Below are positions 50,253 to 60,293 of a stretch of 64,000 nucleotides of DNA, piece by piece. Numbering within the stretch: the first letter of the stretch is position 1; each line of letters starts with the position of its first letter. Origin of the DNA: Pseudohongiellaceae bacterium (GTDB taxonomy: Bacteria; Pseudomonadota; Gammaproteobacteria; Pseudomonadales; Pseudohongiellaceae). Made by a program: the position numbers and the translations under genes. The notes below the pieces were generated by a model. That model did not search any database and was not told the DNA's origin. It saw only the letters and a program-made list of their open reading frames with translations. Location of the stretch: positions 60,731-124,730 of the forward strand of contig JAWWAY010000007.1 in assembly GCA_033721235.1 (NCBI GenBank). Reading direction: 5' to 3'.

Positions 50253-51050
50253 TTAGGTGGCTGGAAAAAAGAATTGCGATGGGCCTTTAGTAAACTGCTG
50301 AATTTCACAGTCGAAGGCCGTGCTCAAATTTTCCGTTGTGAGTACATCGGCTCTATCGCCATAAATAAATTGGCCGTCCCCAATAAGGAGTAGAATCTGG
50401 TCGCAGAAACGCGACGCCAGATTAATATCATGGGTCGCCATTATGAGCGCACCGCTTTCGTTCTTGACCTTTGTGTGCAAAATTTCCAATGATTTTATTT
50501 GCAGTGCAATGTCCAGATGATTGCTCGGTTCGTCTAGCAAATATAATCTGGGGTCTTGCGTTAATAGGGTGGCAATGGCCAGTCTTTGGCGTTCGCCTCC
50601 GGACAGCGTGCGAATGTCTTGGTCACGAACTGAGTCTATACCTAATAAACGTAAAGCCTCAGAGACACGAGCTAAGTCGTCTTTTCCTTCCCAGCGCCAA
50701 GCAGGCAAATGAGGGTGTCGTCCTGACATCGCAAACTCTAAGGTGCTCGCTGGCATTTCGTCGTCTGCACTTTGCATGAGTATGCCTACTAATAGAGATA
50801 GCTCTTTGCGCGAGTAGGCCAGTAGGTCTTTTCCCAGCAGTTGTATTTGCCCTGATGATGAGCCTTGAAGGTTTGCTAGGGCGTGAAGGAGGCTGGTTTT
50901 GCCTGTGCCGTTGGGGCCTAGCACGCCTAGGCTTGCCCCTTGGGGTACGCAAAGGTTTAGATCGTTCATCAGAAGTTTGCCAGCAACGCAAAGGCTTAAG
51001 GCCTTTGTGCTAAGGAGTTCGATACTCGCTGTAGGGCTGTCACTCATCAC
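50253..51050 (-). CDS. ABC transporter ATP-binding protein (iron-siderophore/haem/B12 FecE-BtuD family)
   Basis: Walker A GPNGTGKTS, signature LSGGERQR, Walker B LYLLDEPSNHLD. It overlaps the upstream FecCD permease by 4 nt. Confidence 0.9.
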   Translation of the reverse strand: MMSDSPTASIELLSTKALSLCVAGKLLMNDLNLCVPQGASLGVLGPNGTGKTSLLHALANLQGSSSGQIQLLGKDLLAYSRKELSLLVGILMQSADDEMPASTLEFAMSGRHPHLPAWRWEGKDDLARVSEALRLLGIDSVRDQDIRTLSGGERQRLAIATLLTQDPRLYLLDEPSNHLDIALQIKSLEILHTKVKNESGALIMATHDINLASRFCDQILLLIGDGQFIYGDRADVLTTENLSTAFDCEIQQFTKGPSQFFFPAT

Positions 51051-52138
51051 GAACGCCTCGCGCTAAGTGCAGCGTTGCTGCGCAGGATGATGAGGAAGGC
51101 AGGCACGCCGATGAGCGCTGTAATAACGCCCACTGGCAGTTGAATGGGGGCTATAACGGTTCTGGCTACACTATCGGCTAAGACCAGAAAGCTGCCGCCC
51201 AGTAGGGCCGAGCTGGGTATGAGAATGCGATGATCCCTAGCGCCAATTAGACGGAGCATATGGGGCACAATAAGGCCGACAAAACCAATCGCGCCGGCGA
51301 GCGTTACAGCGCATGCTGTCATGAGCGATGCGGCGCCAAATAGTGTCATTCTTAGACTGCCAACATTGACCCCTAGACTCGCCGCGTGCCGCTCTCCGTG
51401 ATTAAGCATATTCAGCGATCGGGCGCAGGACAATAAGATGAGTAAGCCCACAATGAGTACTGTGGCGCTCAAGGCACTGGGCTTGCTTTGACTGAGATCG
51501 CCCATCAGCCAGAAGAGCATGCTATAGACGCTATTATTGGCACTGGTAGTGAGAAGAATATTGATCAACGCTCCCCATCCTGCCGAGACTACCACGCCCG
51601 TTAGGAGCAAGCGTATTGAAGAGCTTGTATTGCTGCGTCCCGAAAGGCCAAACACGATAGTAATCGAGAGTATGGCTCCTGCAAAAGCGGAATTGGCAAT
51701 GGCAACACTGCCAAGCCCCAAGAGTATGGCGCTGAGAGCCGCTACAGAGGCGCCTCCAGAGATGCCTAGGATATAAGGGTCCGCCAGCGGGTTACGCAGC
51801 AGTACCTGCATGACAACGCCGGACAAGGCCAATAGGGCGCCAGTGATAAAGGCGGCGAAGGTGCGCGGCATGCGCAGCTCCAGAACGACTTGTTGTTCCA
51901 GTCCTTCATGGGGCTTGCCTAAGAGAGATAATAGATCCGATGCGCTTATGGGGACACTGCCGCTAGCTAGTGAAATCAGGATACTAGCCAGCGCAATGCC
52001 GCATAAGGCGAGAAGCAGTAACAAGTGGCGACGTGTAATCAAAATTTGAGTATTCCTAATATTTCGATGTAACGCACGTCGCTCTTGTGACTTCAGGTCA
52101 CTGGAAACTGCGTAGCTTGTCCAGCGACTATATACCAA
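51047..52138 (-). CDS. FecCD-family ABC permease (BtuC/HmuU-like)
   Basis: Polytopic protein with typical FecCD segments (LELRMPRT, NPLADPYILGISGGA, GAIGFVGLIVPH). The start is uncertain. The track start at 52138 overlaps the upstream gene, and TTG 52042 (AGGA 11 nt upstream) is more plausible. Confidence 0.85.
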   Translation of the reverse strand: MVYSRWTSYAVSSDLKSQERRALHRNIRNTQILITRRHLLLLLALCGIALASILISLASGSVPISASDLLSLLGKPHEGLEQQVVLELRMPRTFAAFITGALLALSGVVMQVLLRNPLADPYILGISGGASVAALSAILLGLGSVAIANSAFAGAILSITIVFGLSGRSNTSSSIRLLLTGVVVSAGWGALINILLTTSANNSVYSMLFWLMGDLSQSKPSALSATVLIVGLLILLSCARSLNMLNHGERHAASLGVNVGSLRMTLFGAASLMTACAVTLAGAIGFVGLIVPHMLRLIGARDHRILIPSSALLGGSFLVLADSVARTVIAPIQLPVGVITALIGVPAFLIILRSNAALSARRS

Positions 52139-53799
52139 CTTACGAACAGAGCGTTTATCAAGGCTCCCGGAACATAAGAGGCGGTTCTGCGATACGTAAA
52201 TGTACTGATAATGGCAACAATCAATAGTAAGGGCACAAATTGTATCATTACTATCGTATTGAGTGCCTCTGCCGGTGTTAGCAGGGCATCACGTAGGAAC
52301 AAATTGGCGTATTGAGCGACTAGGAAGACAAAGAAGCCGCCCATTAAAGCCAAGGAGTTACTGAGGTACTGCCGTGAGGGAGTGTCACCCTCCACAGACA
52401 GGCCACCATGCAGAGCCCTCAGAGTCACTAGGAAGAATACGGTAAATGGAATTAGGTAAACCAGCATGATCTTAAACTGGGTAAGGCTCAAGGCTTTTAC
52501 GCCCACAAACCAGAAGCGGAAGTCGATCATGAAGAAATAGTCCGCAAGCACTACGGCACAGTAAGCAATCGCAATGGTGGCTAGACTGAGCACAATAGAT
52601 TGCTTAAATCGATGGTTGAAGCTGACCACCCCAGTTTTCACTGCTACGCCTAGGCCGACGCTAATTATACCGTTCAAGATAGCCCAGAACGCGACTTGGC
52701 TAGTGATGCTTTGGGGTAATAGAGCCGAGGGGGGGAGCAATTGCCCACCCCAGCGCATAAACGGATAGAAACTGGCAACTGGAATCACTGCACTAGCCGC
52801 GGCCATTAACCACCATTTTGGCGAGCGCTGCGTATAGGCATAGGTGGCGGGTGTTCCATTAACAGAGGCGAAGTAGTTGTGAGTAAGCAGCAACTGCACA
52901 CTGCCACAAATCAGCATAACAAACCCTATGAGGGCAATGAGAGTACCTACTTCTTTGAAGAACCAAATCTGATCGGAGGCGGCCAGTGGAGTGCCACCGT
53001 CCAAGGTCTGTGCAAACCAGTCCAATGCATGGCCGATAGCAACATGTGAGATATGGTCGCCGGGATGCGTAACGGGAGGGGAATACAGCACGCGAGCCGT
53101 GCCATCCGAAATATTGCCATAGAGCCTTTCTTCTACGACGTTTTCAGAAGTGGCAAAAAGGGCCTTAAGGTTTTCGCTCTGGCCAACGACGGAGCCACTC
53201 GGAACTTGCCACATTGTGGGAGCAAACTCATCGTACTTGGAAAACACTAAGGCGACGTTTCTTGGCCAGTCGGCAGAGCCAGGCATTGATCGACCACCAC
53301 CGACGCTAGAACCTTCGAGGACCATCGACTTATAACCATCGGGGTCGGCCGCAGCGGCGGCGAGAATAGTCCACCCTCCCATGGAGTGACCTTCGAGGCC
53401 GATATTGTCTTTATCGACAATATCTAAGGTGCGCAGATAGGCTAAACCGGCTGGCCCGCCAAAGCCATTGGCAAATGCGGGCGCTTCGGAATATCCGTGT
53501 CCTGCTTGATCCATGGCCAACACAACATAGCCGCGCCTTGCGAACTCTATTGCGAAACCCGCCTGTACTTCCTTGGAGTTAATATAGCCATGTACCGCCA
53601 GAATGCCGGGTGCGGGATTCTCTGCGCTTACCCCTTCCGGGATATAGAGATAGGCGCTAAGAATGCTGCCGTTTGCCCCAGCGAAGCGGACATCCTTAAT
53701 CGCAATATTATTAGTGGTCTGAATTGAATGGGCTAGAAACGCACCGAGCAAAATTATGCCCCATGCGAGATAGAAGAGCCGCCAAGGTGTTTTTATCAT
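52093..53799 (-). CDS. Alpha/beta-hydrolase domain fused to a C-terminal polytopic membrane domain
   Basis: ATG 53799 is preceded by GGGAGA. A signal-anchor helix is followed by a hydrolase fold with HG oxyanion (AVHGY), nucleophile elbow GHSMGG, and candidate acid/His residues (YDEF, GDHISH). About 8 predicted TM helices fill the last ~290 aa. Confidence 0.7.
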   Translation of the reverse strand: MIKTPWRLFYLAWGIILLGAFLAHSIQTTNNIAIKDVRFAGANGSILSAYLYIPEGVSAENPAPGILAVHGYINSKEVQAGFAIEFARRGYVVLAMDQAGHGYSEAPAFANGFGGPAGLAYLRTLDIVDKDNIGLEGHSMGGWTILAAAAADPDGYKSMVLEGSSVGGGRSMPGSADWPRNVALVFSKYDEFAPTMWQVPSGSVVGQSENLKALFATSENVVEERLYGNISDGTARVLYSPPVTHPGDHISHVAIGHALDWFAQTLDGGTPLAASDQIWFFKEVGTLIALIGFVMLICGSVQLLLTHNYFASVNGTPATYAYTQRSPKWWLMAAASAVIPVASFYPFMRWGGQLLPPSALLPQSITSQVAFWAILNGIISVGLGVAVKTGVVSFNHRFKQSIVLSLATIAIAYCAVVLADYFFMIDFRFWFVGVKALSLTQFKIMLVYLIPFTVFFLVTLRALHGGLSVEGDTPSRQYLSNSLALMGGFFVFLVAQYANLFLRDALLTPAEALNTIVMIQFVPLLLIVAIISTFTYRRTASYVPGALINALFVSWYIVAGQATQFPVT

Positions 53800-53875
53800 T
53801 ATTATTGTTCTCCCGAAATGAACAGGCTTTGCCAAAGTATAGGCAGTAGCATCTTAGTCTATCGAAACGGCTGCT

Positions 53876-54859
53876 TCAATGAATTGCTAAGGCGGGGTAT
53901 TGCTTGGCAAAGCGTTCCAGTAAGGCTTGGTTGAACTGGCAGGAGCAGCCTTGCTCTAGAGCCAGATGGCACAGGTAAGTGTTGAGTTGGCTTAGCTCCG
54001 TCACTTTGCCTTTTCTTACGTCTTGTAAGGTAGAGGAGATATTATTGGCCGTTGCCTTCGCTACTTGCGTTGCTGCTGACAATAAGTTACTTACCGCTGA
54101 GGCTTCGGGAATGCTATGCAAGATACTGGCTACCTCATGGCACAGCTTTGGAAATTCTTGAGACGCCTGTGGATGCGTCAGTAGCTCACCGTTCGGAATA
54201 TCGTACAGACTAGTCAGAATATTTATGCAGCAATTAATGGCGAATTTTCGCCATAGTCGCGAGCATATATCGGGGTCATGTCTAATATGTAGGGTGTCGG
54301 CTGGTAGTTGCGTCACTAGAGCGCGACTATGGCTGAAATCCGAACCCATTTGCCCTATCCAAGTCTCTCCTAAGCCGGCATGAAAAATATGGAACGGCTC
54401 TTTGACATAGGCGCCAGTGCTCGTACTTATACTGATCACACGCTCCTCACCAAATGAATCGACTGCGTCGAAATGAGGTTTTAGGCCGTTTTGCAGAAGA
54501 ATGATGAGGGTTCTAGGGCCTATAAAGTGTTTCGCGCTAGCAATAGCTGCGCTGACATCTTGCGCTTTGCACGTGAGGAGCAAGTGACTAATAGGGGAAG
54601 TAAAGCTTGTCGTTAGAAAGGCTGGCAGCTTATTTGTCACGATGCCTTCATCGGACTCTATGGTGATGGTGTTGCCTTGTCTCTCGAAGCCGGCTAGGGA
54701 CTCCTGAGTGTGGAGCAGCAGCTTGACTGAATGCTTGGATTGACTCCTTCGCAGATGGGCGTCGATATGGCTTGCCCACAGACATCCCATAGCGCCTCCC
54801 CCTAGTATGGCCCAGTGTTGCTCAGGTGATTGTCCAAACTGTTTCGTGTCAGGTTTCAT
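53876..54859 (-). CDS. panE: 2-dehydropantoate 2-reductase (PanE/ApbA family)
   Basis: It has the Rossmann motif ILGGGAMG, WRKFAINCCINILTSL and STLQDVRKGKVTELSQLN (compare SMLQD..G..TEID.LNG). It is divergent from yajQ, as in Pseudomonas. The start is uncertain (ATG 54859 vs GTG 54910). Confidence 0.8.
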   Translation of the reverse strand: MKPDTKQFGQSPEQHWAILGGGAMGCLWASHIDAHLRRSQSKHSVKLLLHTQESLAGFERQGNTITIESDEGIVTNKLPAFLTTSFTSPISHLLLTCKAQDVSAAIASAKHFIGPRTLIILLQNGLKPHFDAVDSFGEERVISISTSTGAYVKEPFHIFHAGLGETWIGQMGSDFSHSRALVTQLPADTLHIRHDPDICSRLWRKFAINCCINILTSLYDIPNGELLTHPQASQEFPKLCHEVASILHSIPEASAVSNLLSAATQVAKATANNISSTLQDVRKGKVTELSQLNTYLCHLALEQGCSCQFNQALLERFAKQYPALAIH

Positions 54860-54976
54860 GTGTTTAAGGTGCAGTCTTATGTAAAATTCAGAACGATTGC
54901 CGAGATTCACACATCTTAGCTTGCAGTGTTAGTATGTCGCACTTATTTTTTGCTTGGGAAGGACAGAGGTTTAGCC

Positions 54977-55459
54977 ATGCCATCATTCGATATTGTGTCA
55001 GAAGTGGAAATGCCAGAAGTGAATAATGCCTTAGATCAGGCGCGCCGAGAAGTGGGTACGCGGTTTGACTTTAAAGGCGTCGAGGCGAGCTTTGAGCTGG
55101 CAGACAAGGAGATAACAGTCTCTGCGGAATCGGATTTTCAGGTAGAGCAGATGCTGGATATTCTTAAGGGTAAGCTAGTCAAGCGTAACGTCGACATAAA
55201 GGCATTAGAAGTGGGTGAGATTAAACAATCGGGTAAGCTAGCTCTGATGCCTGTGAAAATTCAACAGGGCATAGAGGCCGATACCGCTCGCAAGATTGTC
55301 AAACTCGTCAAAGAGTCCAAGATCAAAGTGCAAACAGCGATTCAAGGCGATAAGCTGCGAGTGACGGGCAAAAAGCGTGATGATCTGCAGGGGGTAATGG
55401 CACTCGTGAGAGACGCCAAATTGGAAATACCTGTTCAGTTTAATAATTTCCGTGACTAG
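54977..55459 (+). CDS. yajQ: YajQ family nucleotide (cyclic-di-GMP)-binding protein
   Basis: 160 aa starting [10 protein letters not shown], the invariant YajQ N-terminus. The ORF-track GTG 54926 was trimmed to ATG 54977. Confidence 0.93.
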   Translation: MPSFDIVSEVEMPEVNNALDQARREVGTRFDFKGVEASFELADKEITVSAESDFQVEQMLDILKGKLVKRNVDIKALEVGEIKQSGKLALMPVKIQQGIEADTARKIVKLVKESKIKVQTAIQGDKLRVTGKKRDDLQGVMALVRDAKLEIPVQFNNFRD

Positions 55460-55507
55460 CCTTTAAACGGCTTAGTAATGGTTTCGAGATAGGCAAAAGG
55501 CGGTTAT

Positions 55508-56884
55508 TTGAATAATTCTAAGACCCTGTGGCAGTCGTTTCTGCAGCTAAGAGACAAGCGTTTGATCATGGTGTTTCTGCTGGGCTTCTCTAGCGGTTTT
55601 CCGTGGGTCTTACACGGCTCTGTTATGACGCTGTGGCTGCAGTCTTCCGGGCTATCTCGTTCTACCATTGGTTTCTTTGGCGCGGTAGCTACCGTTTATG
55701 CCATAAATTGGGCTTGGGCACCGTTGGTCGACCGCTTCTCGCTGCCCTTGCTTAGTAGGCTAGGGCAAAGACGATCTTGGATAGTGCTGACTCAGTTCGC
55801 CATTATGCTGTGCCTACTGTTCTTAAGCGGCACCAATCCAAACGAAAGCCTCGTCATGGTGAGCTTTTGGGCCTTGTGCATTGCCATCTTCTCGGCGACG
55901 CAAGACATTGCAGTAGATGCTTATCGTATTAGCATTTTCAGCAAGGAGGAGGCGGACGATAAGATGCCCTTCGCCGCTGCCATTAGCACGACTGGGTGGT
56001 GGGCAGGATACGGTTTCTTGGGAGGGGCGTTTGCGCTGTTCTTGGGCGGAGAGAGTATCGGATTTAGCTGGCCACAAGTCTATGTGGCTTTGAGCGGCTT
56101 GTACGTGGTGATTATTGCGCTGGTATTGATGATCCGAGAGCCCGAACAAGTGGCCGACGAAGTGCCGGTGCCCACCATAGTGCAAGGCTCTAGAATATCC
56201 CATTGGTTCTATACCTATGTTGCCGCACCCTTTCAGGAGTTCTTCTCTCGTTGCGGCTTCAAGTTGGCATTATCTATATTTGTGCTGCTGATGGTATTTC
56301 GCTTGGGAGAGGCGATGTTGGGCAAAATGTCCTTGGTCTTTTACGCGGAGATAGGCTTTAGTACCGATCAAATTGCACTGTACTCGAAGTTTTTTGGCGG
56401 TATCGTAACGGCGCTGTTTAGCCTGTTAGGAGCCGTGATAAATACGCGCTTTGGTGTCGTAAAGGGCTTGATGGTAGGCGGTATCGCCATGGCCTCCTCT
56501 AATTTACTGTTTGCGCTAATGGCGGTAGTTGGACCCAACGTGAACTTGCTGGTAGTGACACTCATCGTCGATAACTTCAGCGCGGCCTTCGCCACCGTGG
56601 CCTTCATATCCTTTATCTCCTATTTTACCAGCAGGACTTACACTGGAACTCAATATGCCCTTATGGCGTCGATATCGAACTTTGGGCGTACGACTCTAGC
56701 GGCGGGCAGTGGCTCCTTAGTAGATTATCTAGATGGTAATTGGTCGCTATTCTTTATTCTTACGTCTCTGATGGTAATACCGGGGCTAATGCTATTGCTT
56801 TGGATTGGTGGTCAGATTAGACGTTACGATGACGATCGCGTACTCTCAGGCGCAGTGTCTGCTGATAGCAGGCGAATGTCCTAG
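55508..56884 (+). CDS. ampG: Muropeptide MFS permease AmpG
   Basis: It has 12-14 TM segments, and its N-terminus is collinear with E. coli AmpG (LLGFSSGFPWVL vs LGFASGLPLAL). It appears to start at TTG. Confidence 0.88.
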   Translation: MNNSKTLWQSFLQLRDKRLIMVFLLGFSSGFPWVLHGSVMTLWLQSSGLSRSTIGFFGAVATVYAINWAWAPLVDRFSLPLLSRLGQRRSWIVLTQFAIMLCLLFLSGTNPNESLVMVSFWALCIAIFSATQDIAVDAYRISIFSKEEADDKMPFAAAISTTGWWAGYGFLGGAFALFLGGESIGFSWPQVYVALSGLYVVIIALVLMIREPEQVADEVPVPTIVQGSRISHWFYTYVAAPFQEFFSRCGFKLALSIFVLLMVFRLGEAMLGKMSLVFYAEIGFSTDQIALYSKFFGGIVTALFSLLGAVINTRFGVVKGLMVGGIAMASSNLLFALMAVVGPNVNLLVVTLIVDNFSAAFATVAFISFISYFTSRTYTGTQYALMASISNFGRTTLAAGSGSLVDYLDGNWSLFFILTSLMVIPGLMLLLWIGGQIRRYDDDRVLSGAVSADSRRMS

Positions 56885-56902
56885 GGAAAATACGAGAGCG
56901 TA

Positions 56903-57397
56903 ATGCGAGTTCCTTTTTATTTGTTCATCATTGTTCCGTTTATCGAAATCCTGTTGCTACTGGAAGTCAGCGATAATATCGGAGGCTTGTGGACGATTAG
57001 CTTGGTCATTCTGACCGCGTTCATTGGCGTAAGGCTGTTGAAACTGCAAGGGATATCTACTCTGACGCGATTTCAGGGACGTTTGCAGCGAGGTGAGCTT
57101 CCGGCCCAGGAGATTGTGGAGGGGCTGCTGATCGCCTTCTCTGGGGCTCTGTTGCTTACTCCAGGCTTTCTCACCGATATCATTGGTTTTTCCTGTTTGC
57201 TCCCGCCACTTCGGGCTGCCATGGCAAGAAAACTGCTGGCCTCGGGTAAATTCACCGCGATGGGAGGAGGATTCTCCAGTCAGTCTTCTTTTTACTACCG
57301 GGGTTCGAATGACTTCGACCAGGAAGGAGAGATTATCCCTGGTGAGTATCGCAACGAGGACGAGCCCAGCGAGCAGATAGACAAGCCCGATAAGTGA
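56903..57397 (+). CDS. fxsA: FxsA family membrane protein
   Basis: It starts PFIEILLLLEV, carries the LLLTPGFLTDIIGF motif, and has an acidic C-terminal tail. It is upstream of groES, as in Pseudomonas. Confidence 0.9.
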   Translation: MRVPFYLFIIVPFIEILLLLEVSDNIGGLWTISLVILTAFIGVRLLKLQGISTLTRFQGRLQRGELPAQEIVEGLLIAFSGALLLTPGFLTDIIGFSCLLPPLRAAMARKLLASGKFTAMGGGFSSQSSFYYRGSNDFDQEGEIIPGEYRNEDEPSEQIDKPDK

Positions 57398-57478
57398 GCA
57401 TAGGGCATAGACTTCATAGCCAATCGGCCAAAAGGTCGCTCTTGTGTTCCTTAAGTGAAAAAAAGTTTCTTTTTAGCA

Positions 57479-57505
57479 TTGAAATCTCAAGCCTCACCCC
57501 CATCT
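57479..57505 (+). promoter_or_regulatory. Sigma32 (RpoH) heat-shock promoter: TTGAAA-13 nt-CCCCATCT
   Basis: TTGAAA (57479-57484) and CCCCATCT (57498-57505) match the sigma32 consensus CTTGAAA-N13-14-CCCCATNT. They lie about 170 nt upstream of the groES ATG. A weaker sigma70-like pair, TTGAGC (57625)-16 nt-TAAATT (57647), lies closer to the gene. Confidence 0.6.
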
Positions 57506-57674
57506 ACTCAGCACCCGCGTTGAAGTCATCTTATATGGGTGGCAGCGACAGCAGATTAAACACAGTTTTAGCAGCTGCTCGATAGGTTCAAGGCTCCACT
57601 CCCTCTGTGGGTTGAGTATGCCTTTTGAGCAACTGTACATAGTAAGTAAATTGATTGTTTCAGGAGAAAAAGCA

Positions 57675-57965
57675 ATGAAAATTAGACCTTTGCAAGACCG
57701 AGTCGTTGTACGCCGCAAGGAAGAGGAAACCACTACTGCAGGGGGCATCGTACTACCCGGTTCTGCTACTGAGAAACCTGCACAAGGTGAGGTCGTAGCC
57801 GTAGGTCCAGGTCGCATTTTGGACAATGGCGAGAAACGCCCAGTAGATTTAAAAGAGGGCGATACAGTGGTATTTGGCAAGTATGCCAGTAACACAGTAA
57901 AGATTGGCGACGAAGAACTGCTGATTCTTAACGAAAGCGAAATTTTTGGTGTTATCGAGTCTTAA
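57675..57965 (+). CDS. groES: Co-chaperonin GroES
   Basis: 96 aa starting [14 protein letters not shown], preceded by RBS AGGAG. The ORF-track start at 57612 is upstream of the real N-terminus. Confidence 0.98.
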   Translation: MKIRPLQDRVVVRRKEEETTTAGGIVLPGSATEKPAQGEVVAVGPGRILDNGEKRPVDLKEGDTVVFGKYASNTVKIGDEELLILNESEIFGVIES

Positions 57966-57994
57966 GTAAACACGATTAATTGACTTATTTTTGA

Positions 57995-59674
<1,680 letters not shown>

Positions 59675-59694
59675 GCCCAGCAATCCTACGCTGT

Positions 59695-59727
59695 AAAAAG
59701 AGCCTCGCTTTAGCGGGGCTTTTTTTT
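59695..59727. terminator. Rho-independent terminator after groEL (A-run/T-run on both sides, potentially bidirectional)
   Basis: AAAAAG-AGCCTCGC-ttta-GCGGGGCT-TTTTTTT. Confidence 0.85.
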
Positions 59728-59752
59728 GCCTGTCATTTTTTACGGTTTTGGT

Positions 59753-59937
59753 TTTAGCGCTTTGGCCCGGAAGCGGTATCGCTGCACGAGACGCGCCGTG
59801 AATACATCCTTGTAGGCTCCACTCGGGCATCCTTGCCCTCGAGGGTCTCATGCAACGATTTCACTCCCGCGCCTCTTGGGCTTTGATGCTGCGCGGGGCG
59901 ATCACGCACGGATTCTGTTGCTTTAGGTTTAGCAGGG
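59753..59937. repeat. Structured non-coding repeat, copy A (~185 nt)
   Basis: It aligns base-for-base by hand with 59977-60160, with about 14 differences. It contains short GC hairpins, including GGGCATCCTTGCCC and TACATCCTTGTA. Confidence 0.9.
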
Positions 59938-59976
59938 CGTGGTTCATCTATATTTCCAATTAGGATAGTTCATAGC

Positions 59977-60160
59977 TTTAGCACTAAGGCCCGGAAGCGG
60001 TATCGCTGCACGAGACACGCCGTGAATACTTCCTTGTAGGCTCCACTCGGGCATCCTTGCCCTCGAGGGTCTCATGCAGCGATTCCACTCCCGCGCCTCT
60101 TGGGCTTTGGTGCTGCGCGGGGCGATCATGACGGATTCTTTTGCTTTAAATCTAGCAGGG
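59977..60160. repeat. Structured non-coding repeat, copy B (~184 nt)
   Basis: Direct repeat of copy A with a 224-nt offset and a 39-nt unrelated spacer (59938-59976). Confidence 0.9.
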
Positions 60161-60293
60161 AGTTTAAGGCCCTGTGTTTGATGTTGAGTCTAATGCCGCG
60201 CGTGATAAATCAGCGCTAAAAGCATGATAAATGCTGAATTTGCCCAGTTTCACCACGTTGAACGATATTATCGCTGATGAAACTATTACTCAG

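Noticed and set aside
53836-53875. Cobalamin riboswitch or Fur box ahead of the ABC importer unit
   Set aside because: Only 40 nt are available, far too short for a B12 riboswitch. No GATAATGATAATCATTATC-like Fur box was seen.
57394-57585. 63-aa plus-strand ORF between fxsA and groES
   Set aside because: It overlaps the sigma32 promoter and leader, and has no RBS or protein-like composition.
59753-60160. Possible CRISPR array or phage att duplication
   Set aside because: There are only two units of ~185 nt with one 39-nt spacer, which is far from CRISPR repeat/spacer geometry, and no cas genes are present. att duplications flank an element rather than lying in tandem on one side.
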